A DNA stretch of 63,966 bases, counting the filler, from Reticulomyxa filosa (taxonomy: Eukaryota > Protista > Foraminifera): NCBI GenBank assembly GCA_000512085.1. It is 18 parts of 18 records of this genome, joined end to end, with 100 filler letters (N's around TTAATTAATTAA, not from the genome) between each part and the next. Parts side by side here need not be neighbours in the genome. Positions count along the whole stretch, not along the records: positions 1 to 22,840 come from ASPP01012510.1; 17 more parts are not named here. One strand, given 5' to 3'. The notes below the pieces were generated by a model, which worked only from the letters and a program-made list of their open reading frames with translations, had not been told where the DNA came from and did not search any database. Within the stretch, counting starts at the first letter, position 1. The number at the start of each line of letters is the position of its first letter. The position numbers and the translations under genes were made by a program. Shown one piece after another: positions 1 to 12,437 of this stretch.

Positions 1-37
<37 letters not shown>

Positions 38-50
38 TATTATTGTTATT
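1..50. repeat. (TTA)n microsatellite, probably poly-Asn coding on the minus strand
   Basis: ttattattatt... run at the window start, inside the minus-strand USP-like gene. Confidence 0.8.
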
Positions 51-2440
51 GCTACTATTGCCATTGTTATGCATGGATGGATACATGCACAAGACTTCTT
101 CCAGTATTTGCATCGAACACACTACTGATGTGTGTGCCTTGATATTCTGGATACTGTGGACTAACGCAGGCCAGCGCAACTCCTTCGCTTGATGGGGTGA
201 CATTACCTCTCTCCATAATGCCCATGTCATGCCCACCAATGTGCTGTCGAGGGCATTTTCGTCCTTCATTAGGCTCAACAATAGTGCCAGTATCTTCGAC
301 GCCAAGACGTCCACGTCGGTTGGTCTCCGCACCATTTGTATACACGTTTTGACCAGTTGAATGTGTCTATGAGTTGCATGTCGCAGAGAAAGGCCCTCCA
401 GTCGGTTCAACAAGTACTTCAAATGTTTGGTGTGCAAATAGTACGACAGATCTGTCATCATGGTACACAGCGCGTCCAATTGCATGTCGTTGGGATCAAC
501 CAAGGCTCTCTGTGTGATACCAATTTTTTGTTTTGTCACTTCTTTGTGAAATGCAATGTACAATACAATATATGCATATACCGTTTGTATTGAATAGACA
601 AAACTTCCAAAGCATCCCAAATGATGGCAATGATCTCGGTGGTGAGGATATGTTCTGTGCAAAAAAATCTCACAATGTCTGTTGCAGGAGGGATCAAGTA
701 GTGCTGTGAATGCTGACCAAGCAAGATTTCCAACAACTTGTTATCTTCAATCCATTTCACTAAAAAGTCGACAGAGATAAACCTCAAAGCCTGGAATGTG
801 GTTGACCTTCGCACATGCAAACATACATATGCAATATATTGCGCACCACTTGCACTTTGAGTGCTTTGTGACAGAATACGACGTAAAGCTATTTGATTTA
901 TTTATTTAGATGAGTCACAACAACAAAAATAGGTGTATAAGAGTAGTTGACTAAAATAAGCAAGTTTTATGTTTTATTTCTTTTTACCAAGTGTCAATTG
1001 GAATATCTCTGTGATTTGAGTAATTTCATCGGCAGACTTTTGCCGTTGCAGCAATTGTCGAATAGCCTCTACCGCATGTGGTGTCATGTCATTGGAGAGG
1101 TTACTCATGTCGAATTCATTCAGCCATTTCAATACTTTCGACACCACATCCTCATACACGCGACGTGTGAGAGCATTACTGCAAGTCGCCAGCGAAGATA
1201 ATGCCAACAAATACGACCGCACAGGGACGCTACGTGTTTGTGGCAACGTCAATAAATCGAAGCCTCCACTGCGGCCAAATTCATTTAGTACCGCCACCAA
1301 GTGGAATGACACTTGTCCCAATTCACCCTATTTGTATATATGTCTGTTTCGTATACTACACTCTTTCACAAAAAAAAAAAAAAAGTGAAGACAGAACTCG
1401 AAACACTGCAAAAGTATTTTGATCAACGGGATCATTGTCATCATCGATTTTGATATCCAATTCGTGCAGCTGACAGTATACCCCACCACTGGTTCTGCCA
1501 CCTTTTGCGTACGATTTGTGTTTCTGAAGTCGTACGCTATCTCTGGAGTTTGTGACAAACGTGCGCATATACATCTTCGTCCATTTTTTTCAAAACAAAA
1601 AAAATAAAAATAAAAACAACGCAAAACTTGTCGATCCATTCATTGTAACTACTTTTCCACTCGTCAAAGGCCACGTAAACGCGATTGTGAAGAGAGTCGT
1701 TTTGAAGGATTCGACAAGTGTACCAATTGTAAAATGAGTCCAAAGCGTCACAAAGCGAGTCCGGAGCAAGCTCTTTTCTCCACTTGGACAAAAAGGGGTG
1801 ATATTTTACAATTTGCGTTCCTGCAGGAGCGAAGTTGTAGTCATTCTCGCCCCCAAACTTGCACAAATCGATTTTGTTGTATAATTCATTGAAAATTGCC
1901 AACACCGTCATCGATTCATCCTTTTCCTTTTCGTGTCGTACTTCACGCACAATGCCGGTCTTACCAAAAAAAAAAAAAAAAAAAAAGAAGTGGAGAAAAG
2001 GGACATTGTTGTTACTATTAAAAAAAAAAAAAAAAAAAAAAAAAACCTTCCAACGAAATTGATGAAGGTAATCCAACGGAGTGTTTTCAGCAATACTTTG
2101 TCTAAACGATTGAAAGAATAGGACGTCGTCTGCACTCAAATGTGTACCTCTTTGTTGGGCCTACTTTTCAACAAGCAAAACGAACCAATGAAAAAGAGAG
2201 CAGCCCCCATTCCAATGCACAATCAATGCACAATTCAAGCAAAGAAAGTAAAAATAAACAAACCCAATTGTTTCCATGTCGCTTATAAAAAGGCAATTTC
2301 GAGTTTAACAAGTAATGTATCATTTCGAGTGCAATTTGTAAGTCATTTGCATTGCCGTTCGCACTCATACCAACTGCGATACGTATCAACTGTTTCAACA
2401 TTTCTCCTATGTCGTCTTCAACTCCTTCTTCTGGTTCCAT
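1..2440 (-). CDS. USP9X/USP24/USP34-like ubiquitin carboxyl-terminal hydrolase, N-terminal part (multi-exon, runs off the window start)
   Basis: Exons from ORFs 2168-2440, 1537-2139, 1356-1574, 974-1321 and 536-820. 'VLNEFGRSGGFDLL' and 'WIEDNKLLEILLG..H....DIVRFF....LTTEIIAIIWDA' resemble the armadillo-like N-terminus of USP9X/USP24. The catalytic domain is not in the window. Confidence 0.65.
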
Positions 2441-3429
2441 TTTTGTTTTTTTTCTATTATTTTTTTAAACATATAGCAACTCCCATTGCTAGTATTTGTT
2501 CGACAGCTAATCAAACGAGGGAAGAAAAAAAAAAAAAAAAAAAACGTAACAACAATTGATCGCGCGTGGTCAATAGAGCGCACACGTTGACTAAAAATTT
2601 TTTAATGTAGTCTTGCTCTTCTTTCAAACTTTCATTGTTTTGCAACTTTTCAATTATACGTCTCAGTTGTTCAAGTCTTTCTTTTATCTCCTTTTCTGCA
2701 TTGTTTTGTTTTGTTTTATCTTGGTTTGACTTTGTTTTTTTTTCCCTTCCACAAAGTGCTTTGTTTTCTCTTTTTTTTGGTTTTTTTTGTTACTATTGAT
2801 TTAGCATGAATTCACCTTGGCGAAAACAATCAAGGATGTCATCACACTGCTTTCGAAGCCCTGCCAATACTTGGTCTCCCTTTTGCTCACTTTCATTGTT
2901 CGACATTCGCCTTAACTTTCAAAAACACTCGCAAGGACTTCTCTTGCTCTTATCCATTCAAACAAACAAAATTTCACACAACCAAATCTCAAACCAGCAA
3001 TTAGAAAAAAAAACAAAAATTTAAATACGCACCTTTGAAAGGAAAAATGGCAAATATTGCGCTGAATGCAACCGCAAGGAATCTCAAAAATAGGGGTCGC
3101 GTTTTCGAAGTTACCTTTTTTTTTTTTGCTTTGTGTTGCTGCAAATAATACCTTATTGAGAGCAATGTTTTTTTGTTATTGTTTATTACAGGCGAAAAAA
3201 AATGTTTGGAGCGTATTTATTTTGCTGTTTGACCAAAGTTTGAATTATTTTCAAAACTGTTTCTTTTTATATTATATCACCAAGATTATGAAATAGGTGT
3301 GTTCCGTTCTTAATTTTATTGGTATTTTAAAATGTCAAATATTTGTTTTAACTCAAAAAGAATTAAAATTCGTTAGATTTAATAAATAAAATCGTTATTT
3401 TGACTAATTCAAAAGGACTCAAAAAAAGG

Positions 3430-4682
3430 TTATACAACAAAAGACAAAAAATTATAAGAAGTAACACCAGCTAAAACAAAAAACATGGCAAAAAAGAAAA
3501 GAACGTCCAAATGAACATGGAAAAGAAATATTCCAGCCATGATCGACCAAAAATCAGAAGTTAATAAAGAAACATTCATAGCCAATGCGGTAGAATATCG
3601 AAAAAGAAAAGGGACGGCAAAATAATACAAAGTCAAACAAAAAACATAGGCGAAATAAAAAGGAAGGCCAGAAAGAGAGAAAGATGAACGAAAAAAAGTG
3701 GAAATGCTTTGAGATGAGATCAAAATAATAATGATGGATTGAACGCAAGAGAAAAATAACCCCCATGCCTGCACAGCGAATATATACATGTATTATGTAT
3801 TTATTTATTTGGTTATATTGTGGCTATGAGTATATTGCAATGTATGTACACCTACACGTATAAATACAAGCATGTGTACATGCATCTCTTAACCCCGATA
3901 AACCATAAGTAATTGAAGATACCGATTTTTGATACAGCGTATTCCCCGAAAATGTTACTAATTGCATAGCATGTTGCACCTGACAACACTAACATATCTC
4001 CAAGAAATGGATCTTTTCCATTGCTATCGCCACCACTACCAATTGCATCACTGTATGTTAACAGTATCATGCCAGCCAAACATGAAGTGACACTTAAATA
4101 TTGCCATTTGCTAAAGTTTCTGTTCTTCCACAAAAAATATGATATTACAAATACTACTGGAATCGTAAAAAAATCCAACAGTGTCACACTAGTTATATTT
4201 GTATATTGAAATGACCACAATACCAATGTATTGCCTCCAACATCAGCTGCTGATGCTATTGCATACATCCACCAATTTATCTCCTTACTTTTAGTTGGCT
4301 CCTCTATTTCTTTTATATTTGTCGACGCTAATGTTGGCATTAAGATTGGCTCTGAATCGATCTTTTTTTTGACACTGTATTCTTTTGTCTCCATTTGTTA
4401 CAGATGCATATCATCCACACAAATGCATACATTGGCAAATTTATTAGCGTAGGGCACTTCCATCCTCTTTCCATCCCAATCCCAATTCACTTTGTATACA
4501 AAATTCTTTTTTTGTCTTCTCTCCTCTTGCACACATATACGAAACTCGTTTGTCAGTAGTTGGCTTAATATTGATATACAGGACAATAAAGCTGACAGAC
4601 CTTGCCAACCAACATAAACCTTCACTAGACTAACTTCAAGTTTTTTGGGACTGTCATCTGCTTCTTCTGGCAGGTCTTCCAT
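3430..4682 (-). CDS. SLC35F1/F2-like solute carrier (DMT superfamily)
   Basis: 'GQGLSALLS'-like start, 'ADVGGNTLVLWSFQYTNITSVTLLDFFTIP', 'DPFLGDMLVLSGATCYAISNIFGEY', 'STALAMNVSLLTSDFWS'. ATG at 4682; introns, plus apparent frameshifts near 4345-4455. Confidence 0.9.
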
Positions 4683-5031
4683 TTTAATCTGCTTTTTCGT
4701 CTTGATATTCCTTTTTTTTTTGGAAAAGGTTCCCGAAGTACAAACTAGCAAAATATTAATTGCAATACAATCACTAAAACAAGAAAAAAAATACTACATA
4801 AAAAAAGTAAAATCGAGGCATTTTGTTTCCATTTTTCAAGGATTTTTGCACAATGGATTTGATGACTGCTTTTAAATTTCAAAGCTTTTATAAAATGAAA
4901 AAGACACAATGAAGGTTTGACACAATTAATTAATCTATGTCTGTCAGCTGTCAAGTAAAAAAGGAACTTTTTTGTGTTTGTTTTTTTAATAAAGGAAAAA
5001 GTGCACATAAATCCCTTGTGCATCTTGTACA

Positions 5032-8000
5032 ATGACCCGGTTTAACTTGCTTTGTCTTGAAGAAGGTGAGCTATTCCTAGAGGACTATGCAGCAACTTTA
5101 TTTTTGCCACTAGAAAACATATCAACTTCGTCAAGTCACGCACACCAGCTGAGTGGTCGCCGGCAATTACCAGGTCGGTTGAAAGTGGCGTCAAAGAATC
5201 TGTTGTTTGACCCACATACAATGAGTTATCCAATAATGCGCTTTCCATTTCGCGATATCCTATCATTGCAGCAGAAAAGCGATTCGAAAGCGGAGAGACT
5301 GGTGATAGTTTGCAAGCAAGTCGTGGAGTTGAAATCACATAACATCATAGCACCATATAAATTCAAAGAGATAGAACATCCGGAGAGAGGCGGTGTGTTC
5401 GTGTTCGAGCCATCGTACGCCAAGTTGGATGATTTCGTAGGATTGATTCACACGATTTACAAAATCAATCAAATGTCGTCCATGAGTGAAGCAAATCGGA
5501 AATTGCAACAGTTGATCGATGAGCGAGAAAAATCAATTCCCTTTGACTCTTCGTGGTTTAAAGATATCGACGAAACGAAGCAAATTCAAAGGCCATTGAT
5601 TGTTTCAAAGGTTTTTATCCTTTTCTTCTTCTATTAAAAAAGAAAAGTATCCATCACTACACATGAGAACATACTCTCATGAAACTTTTTTTTTTTTCCA
5701 AAGGGGGAAGAGGGAAGTTAATTGAGAAAAGAAAAGTTCACTAAAATTTTTTTTTTTTTGAACACGTCATTCTTGGCAACATAATGGGAAAAAAAAATAG
5801 TTAACACCACTTGTGGAAACTCGTGGACAAATGCAAATAACTCAAAAACGTATGTACTTTCAACCATTTCAATCTCTTTCGTCGAATCCGATGTTGAGTT
5901 TTAACTTGCACGATATTCAATATATCCACAAAAGGAGACACATGATGCGACATATCGCATTGGAATTTATATTCAAAAAACAAATGATACAATCGTTGTC
6001 ATTGGGTCCATATACTGACAACAAGCTATTTTCTCCGACTACCGCAAAGTCGTCGGATGACTACTACAATGCCAATCCCAACGGCGCTTCGAGTCAAGGA
6101 AATTTCAAACTGACCTCTGGGAGCGCAATCACTGGCAGCAACAGTAATCATGATATTGACAGCAATAACAATACTGGCGAGACATTGCTTATATCATTTC
6201 AATCCCAAGATATTCGGGACAATATGTACAGTAACGTGTTGATGAAACAAACGACAGTGACTCGTAGGGATTTTCCTTCTCTCGAAACCGTTCAAAAGAA
6301 ATGGATCGATGGCCTCATTGACAACTACGAATACTTGACCCTTTTGAACCAATCAAGTGGGCGATCTCTCAATGATCTTACGCAATATCCCATTTTTCCT
6401 TGGGCTATCACTGACTATGAATCCAAGGAATTGGATCTCACTGATGTCAAAATTTATCGAGACTTGAGCAAACCCATGGGAGCTTTAAATCCAGAACGAC
6501 TTAAAAAAATTAAACTCCGATATGAGGTTGGCTTTGTAACTTGAATATATCAATACATAAAAATACATAAATAAATTGACACTTTCATATACATATATAC
6601 ATATATGTAATATATATGTATATTGACTCCATATTATTATCATTGATTTGTTTGCTATACCTGATTTGCAATTGTTTTGTTTTGACTTGGTTGTTAGCAA
6701 ATGCCTGAAGGATCTTTAGGACGCTTTATGTATGGATCACATTACTCGACTCCCGGATATGTAATGTATTTTTTGGTGCGACAGTTTCCGGAATACATAT
6801 TGCGATTTCAAAATGGAAAGTTTGACACTCCTGATCGATTGTTTTCGTCCATTCAACGGACGTGGAATAGTGCCTACCAATCGCTGACGGATGTGAAAGA
6901 ACTAATTCCACAGTTTTATGAAGGCGACGGACTGTTTTTGAAAAACTATCGCAAGTTACATTTGGGCATGCGCACCGATAAAATCGAAGTGAATGACGTG
7001 GAGTTACCGCCTTGGGCCAATGGCGACGAAAAACAATTTGTTCGAATAATGCGAGACGCTTTGGAAAGCGACTATGTGTCTGCTCATTTGCATGAATGGA
7101 TTGACCTCATTTGGGGATATAAACAAAGAGGAGAGCCCGCCGCCCATGCGAACAATTTGTTCCATCCTTTAACCTACGAAGGAACCGTCGACATTGACTC
7201 CATTACCGATGAGACCGAATTGGAGGCTATTCGCATGCAAATACATGAATTCGGACAGGTCAGGTATTTTTGTTTGTTTGTCGATTTGTTTATGTTTGAT
7301 GGATAAGTGGGGACATTTATGTCGCGCTGTCTCCAAGTATCGCCTGTTTGTGTGCTCTGATTCTTTAGACGCCCTCCCAATTATTTACAAAACCTCATCC
7401 TTGTCGGAAACCTAAGAAGGGCTTGAATGACCAATTAAGTCCCACCAGTACCAGTCGTGAAAGTTCGGATTCTTCTTTGCCTTCCATCTCTGTTGATTCC
7501 ACAAAGAGTTCATTTAGTAGCTCTTTCATTAAGTTAAGTTTTGGAACAAAGGCAAAACAAAGAAACTTGTCTTCTTATTGATGCTATTTTGTTTATTGAT
7601 GGATCTCAATTTTTTTTCGTGTGTTTGATTGTTTGAAGGAGAACGAATGAAATATTACCCATCAGGAGCAAATTGAACACATCGGCAATGGCAGGATTAT
7701 TTAAAAAAGAAGGCAAAGGATCTTCCAAAGTGAATTCTAACGTTGCAGAAATTAGCACTACGGAATCGAAGACAGCGTCGGGTACGATCAACCCTCGGGG
7801 AGAGAAACTAGAGAATGAAGAAGTGAATAGCGGTGCATCCATTACCTCGAACACATTCCAACCGCAACTCAAAGAAAAACAATTATCCAAAGGGAAATTG
7901 ACAAACAGCTTTTTGTCACTTTTTTCGTTATCCAAAAGTCCTGAAAATGCCAACCTTGATCATGAATACAAGGGCGAGCATCATGCCAACGACAATTCTC

Positions 8001-9363
8001 TCAAACAGGTTTGATCATCTATCAGTCTTCACACCATACCAACAACACTTATATCATAACGTGAAAAGATGTGTTGTTTTTTTTTGGTTGGATTGTTCAC
8101 TTTTAGAACCCCGACTCGCCTTTTTCGCCATCGAAATATCCGGTATCACCTTCTATTGCACCTCCACAGACACAAGATATTCCTCCAGTTAGCGTTCCAA
8201 AGTGGACGGTGTTGCATGAAAAAATATCTCGATCAGACACGAGAGAGACGTCAGCGCAAAATAAGACAAATAGCCAAGCAAATACTGTGATATCTCCACA
8301 TTCGCATCGAATCACCGATTTGTGTTTTACAAACAACTCCACATTTTTGTATTCAACATCGCATGACGGCACTTTATCTATGTATTGTGTGCCCAAAAAA
8401 ATGACAATGAGGAATATCAAAATATCTCCGTTTCCGTTATCTTCCTGCTGTTTGCCATTTGATAATGAAAACCGCCAATTGGTTGTCGCCGGCTCTTGGG
8501 ATAACAGTGTTTACATTTACAATAGTGCATCAGGTGTGCATGCAAAGACATTGATGCAACACTATAATCACGTGTCTGGGACATATTTTAAATAATCAGA
8601 GAGGGAGAGAGAAAAAAAAAATGAATGCATTGCTACTGTTATATACATCAATAATATAGGTAGAGTACTACAAAAATTGACTGGACATCAAGACAGCGTT
8701 TCGTCATTGTCCACCTCTTCACTATCTTTATGTAGTGGCTCTTGGGATTCCAGCATCAAACTCTGGGCGTGGAAAACAGATGGATTGTGTGAAACCCCAG
8801 TGGCCAGCTACTCTTCGCATACAGCTGAAATACGGTGCACAGTGAGTAGTTTTTCGTCACCGTATTTGTTTGGATGTGGTGACGAGAGTGGCAACATATT
8901 TTTATATGATAGCAGAGCAAAAGACTCTCATTCGAATAATAAGAACTCACATGTTCGAAGTATTTTGGGAGCTCATAAAAAAGAAATTACACATTTGTGT
9001 TGGATTCCAAATAAGTTTGAGTTTGTTAGTATATCTGTCGATGGGTATATTAAACTCTGGGATGGTGCCAGTAGCAAACCAGTGTCACAACATAATGCTG
9101 GAGAACACTTGAACTGTGTGACCAGCGATGGTAATTATGCCATCACTGGCGGAGAGTCAGGTGCTGTCGGTCTGTACACCATCGATCAAAGCAGCAAGAT
9201 TTGCAAGCTACTTGAGTCAAACCACCTTTTCTCTAATGGAATCAATCCTCATGGCGTGGCTATCACTACTATCAAAATGAATTTGGACGGTGGATGTCTG
9301 GCAATTGGAACTAAAGAATTTCGTGATAACATTATATTATGTGATTTGTTTCAGCCAAAATAG
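5032..9363 (+). CDS. NSMAF: BEACH-WD40 protein, FAN (factor associated with neutral sphingomyelinase)-like
   Basis: N-terminal 'RFNLLCLEEGELFLEDY' and a GRAM/PH-like region; BEACH motifs 'YLTLLNQSSGRSLNDLTQYPIFPW', 'YGSHYSTPGYV', 'DVKELIPQFY', 'LHEWIDLIWGYKQRG'; C-terminal WD40 repeats (8209-9363); GT-AG introns such as 5611-5800. Confidence 0.88.
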
Positions 9364-9686
9364 TCTTTCAATTGCTATAAAACTCGTCACGACTACAATT
9401 GTTCAACTAAACAAAAACAAAATAATTCATTAGCTTTAATGTTTGTCCAAACTTTGCAGCTTGCGTTGTTCTTTCATTTTTTTTTCTTCCTTTTTTTTGC
9501 CCTTCCCTCTACAAACAAACTGCGCTTATAAAGTGAAGTAATTTAAAGAAATCGAGCGTCCCTTGAAAAAATTTCGTTCTCTTATTTTTACAGCCTTTGT
9601 GGCACTCTCAAAACGAAAAAAAGTAAACAATTACTTTACGCGTTTTACATAAAATCTAACCATCGACAACAAAAAAGATGCATTTT

Positions 9687-10540
9687 TTATTTGCCGCTTT
9701 TATTTCGCAAAGTAAGTTCTCCTAAAGGAGGAGACAAAGTATTTGAATGATTTGGAGCAGTCGGCACAACAAAAATCATTTTTTCACCAATTGTATTCTC
9801 ACCATAGTAGTTAATGACCTGCTTGATGGTCCTAAATCCCAACGTGTTGTATAAATGCTTTGCAGAGGTATTGTTTTTGTTGACTTCTAGCGCAAATTTG
9901 GTGCCACTTTTGTACAATTGTATTAGCTCCTCTAATAAAAAGTATGCCATTCCTTTCTTGCGATAAGCTAATGTTTCCGAGTCATAATGTTAAAAATAGA
10001 AAACAAGAAAGATACAAATAACAATAAAAAAAGGAAATATAATTTATTTTTTGACAAAGTATACATTCGTGAGTTGCAACGTCGGTAATATGAATGAATG
10101 CCCACTTTTGGTTTGAGTTAATTTTTAATGAAGGTGGAAGATTTGTATCACCGCGTTTCATACTGTCTAACCACTCCGGCCGCGTTCTCTTTTTTTCAGA
10201 AGGGACATCATCGGGACCATTCAAAAGATTTTCATATTTACCAAAATCGATGAGCAGATAGTTTCGGTGCGTGCTATTTGGAGTTGCAATAAGAATGTCG
10301 CTACTATTATCCCCGTCAGTTAAATATTCACGTTTAAACACTACCAAACTGCAAATATTCTCGTTTTTTTCATCATCTTCAACAGAGTGGGTTAGCAGCA
10401 ATACACCGATATCACCCTTCCTCAGCTCTGTGGTCCACCACTTTCTGTTTCGCCATAATGGCTCGTCTGGAAATGCTTCGTGTAGTAATTTTGCTATACC
10501 TTCACTATCGAATTGTGTTGCCAAGCGAAAACCTGTGTGA
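9687..10540 (-). CDS. GNAT-family N-acetyltransferase (RimI/Naa50-like); 5' end uncertain
   Basis: 'FIHITDVATH', 'RKKGMAYFLL', 'LEVNKNNTSAKHLYNTLGFRTIKQVINYYGE' (GNAT motifs A/B); intron around 9980-10065. Confidence 0.8.
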
Positions 10541-10979
10541 AGAACGCCGTATTGTCACGTATACTTTGGTTGTTTTTGCGCTTCTGTTGTGTCCAAACAG
10601 AAAAGTGTTACGTGTTAATTGTATTCTATTTGCTTTACGAACATAAACGTTGAATATTCACAAACATAATTTAGGTTTTTTTGCTTCTCGTGCTTCAGTG
10701 TTTCTTGTTGCTGTGAATGAGTATATAATTCCCATATCCTTTATATTTTTTGAACAGGGCCTTGCCAGTCACAAGTTTGTGTTCGACAATTCGTTAATAT
10801 TGATACAACACCAGACATTGCTATTAAAAAAAGTTTTTGACAACAAAACAAAGCGTTGACAAGGAGAATTGAGTAATACAAATTAGATTGCATATTTACA
10901 ACATTCGAAGTACTGAACAAAACAGTAGAAACTTAGTTATTATCACAATTTGTCAAGTCTTTGACGTACTTTATATTTT

Positions 10980-12009
10980 TTATAGAGTAATTCTCTTGTA
11001 ACGAGTCCCAAACACAACATTTTTTACACATAAAATCAATACAACGAGACAAATCCCGAACATGACAAGTTTGGCAGGATGCCGCTTTGTTGCTTCGACA
11101 AAAGTTTGAATGAGCCACATACGTGTCACAAAGCGTTCTTTATCATTGTGTTTTGACTTTATCGTTGCATATTGATGCCCAATTTCGCTTAGTTGAAAAG
11201 CCCATTGCATCTCCAAATCTTTGAATCTTTTTTCTTTTTCACGAACTCGATTTTGGATTTCGCATATCAATTCATGGATTTGAGTCCCTTTGCTTTCGCC
11301 TTTTTCTTTTTTCAACCACTCCAAGATGCTACATTCACATGTATGCTCCTCTCTCTTACTTTTTTCTCTATGCATGTTTTCTGCCACAAAAAAAAGGAGC
11401 TTCATTGGATGAGGGAAAAAAAAGAGCCATTTCTAGGGAAAAGTTTTAAATACGTATACAAAATTACTGTGTGAAGAGGATTGAAAACCGTACCAATCCT
11501 TTTCCCTTCCCAAAAAAGTATTATCAATATATACAAGAGTTTAGAAGATGAAAAGCCCTCAGCTCTCACTTTAATAGAAAACACACCAAAAGATTGAAAG
11601 AACTCAAAATTTCTTTTATCTCTTTCTCGTTTTGCACGTCATAGGATGAAAAGGGTTCATATGTTTCCAGGTTTGAATGTGCTATTTTTGCGAATATATG
11701 CGGATACTGAGAATACAATTTTTGGTAGTATTTAAGCCATTCAAAAACAGCATTTTTCTTGTTCAGGCCTCTCATATCATTCCATGCTTGCCATTTCAAA
11801 CGTGACTCTACGTTAAAAACGCTTGGAGGAAGTGTTGTATTGTCACCACATAGTGCTTGGCGGAAAGCGCCGTAGAGTGCTAAAAGCTGTCTCGAATCAG
11901 TATGACCCAATTCTGTTTTCAGGTCCTTCTCTAAACAATCCATTATTGATATACCATGGGTAAATTTTGCGTATTGCTTTTGCCATTCTGGATCATGATT
12001 GTCTTCCAT
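10980..12009 (-). CDS. Acyl-CoA-binding domain protein with coiled coil and C-terminal transmembrane segment (ACBD4/5-like layout)
   Basis: 'LLALYGAFRQALCGDNTTLPPSVFNVESRLKWQAWNDMRGLNKKNA' is the ACBP signature; second exon has a coiled coil and hydrophobic 'LVMFGICLVVLILCV'. Confidence 0.85.
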
Positions 12010-12437
12010 TTGAACTTTTCTGGTGACGGCTCTTCAGCTTGTTTTTTTTTTTACAAGTTCTGCTTTGAGAAAGGACATTATTTTTCTTTTCAGTACTAAC
12101 ACGAATTACTGAACAACAAAAAGGAAAGTTGCTCTATCAGCATACAATTTGCTTGGGGAAAATTGTTCTCAAATGAGTGTAGTGAAAACAGATTTATTTT
12201 ATTCATAATCTGGTCCACACAATTCAACTTTCAAACCAATCAAAAAAGAATTACATATGTCCACAAAAAAGAAAAGACAAGATTAAGTGAAGTGTTATCT
12301 ATTAATGTTGCAAACACTAGACAGAACAAAACAAACAAAAAGATGAAAGGATAGGGATCAGCCAATGATAAAAGTGTACAAATTGACAAACAGAACAAAC
12401 AAACAAAAACTTTTTGTCGACTTCCATCGACGTAACT

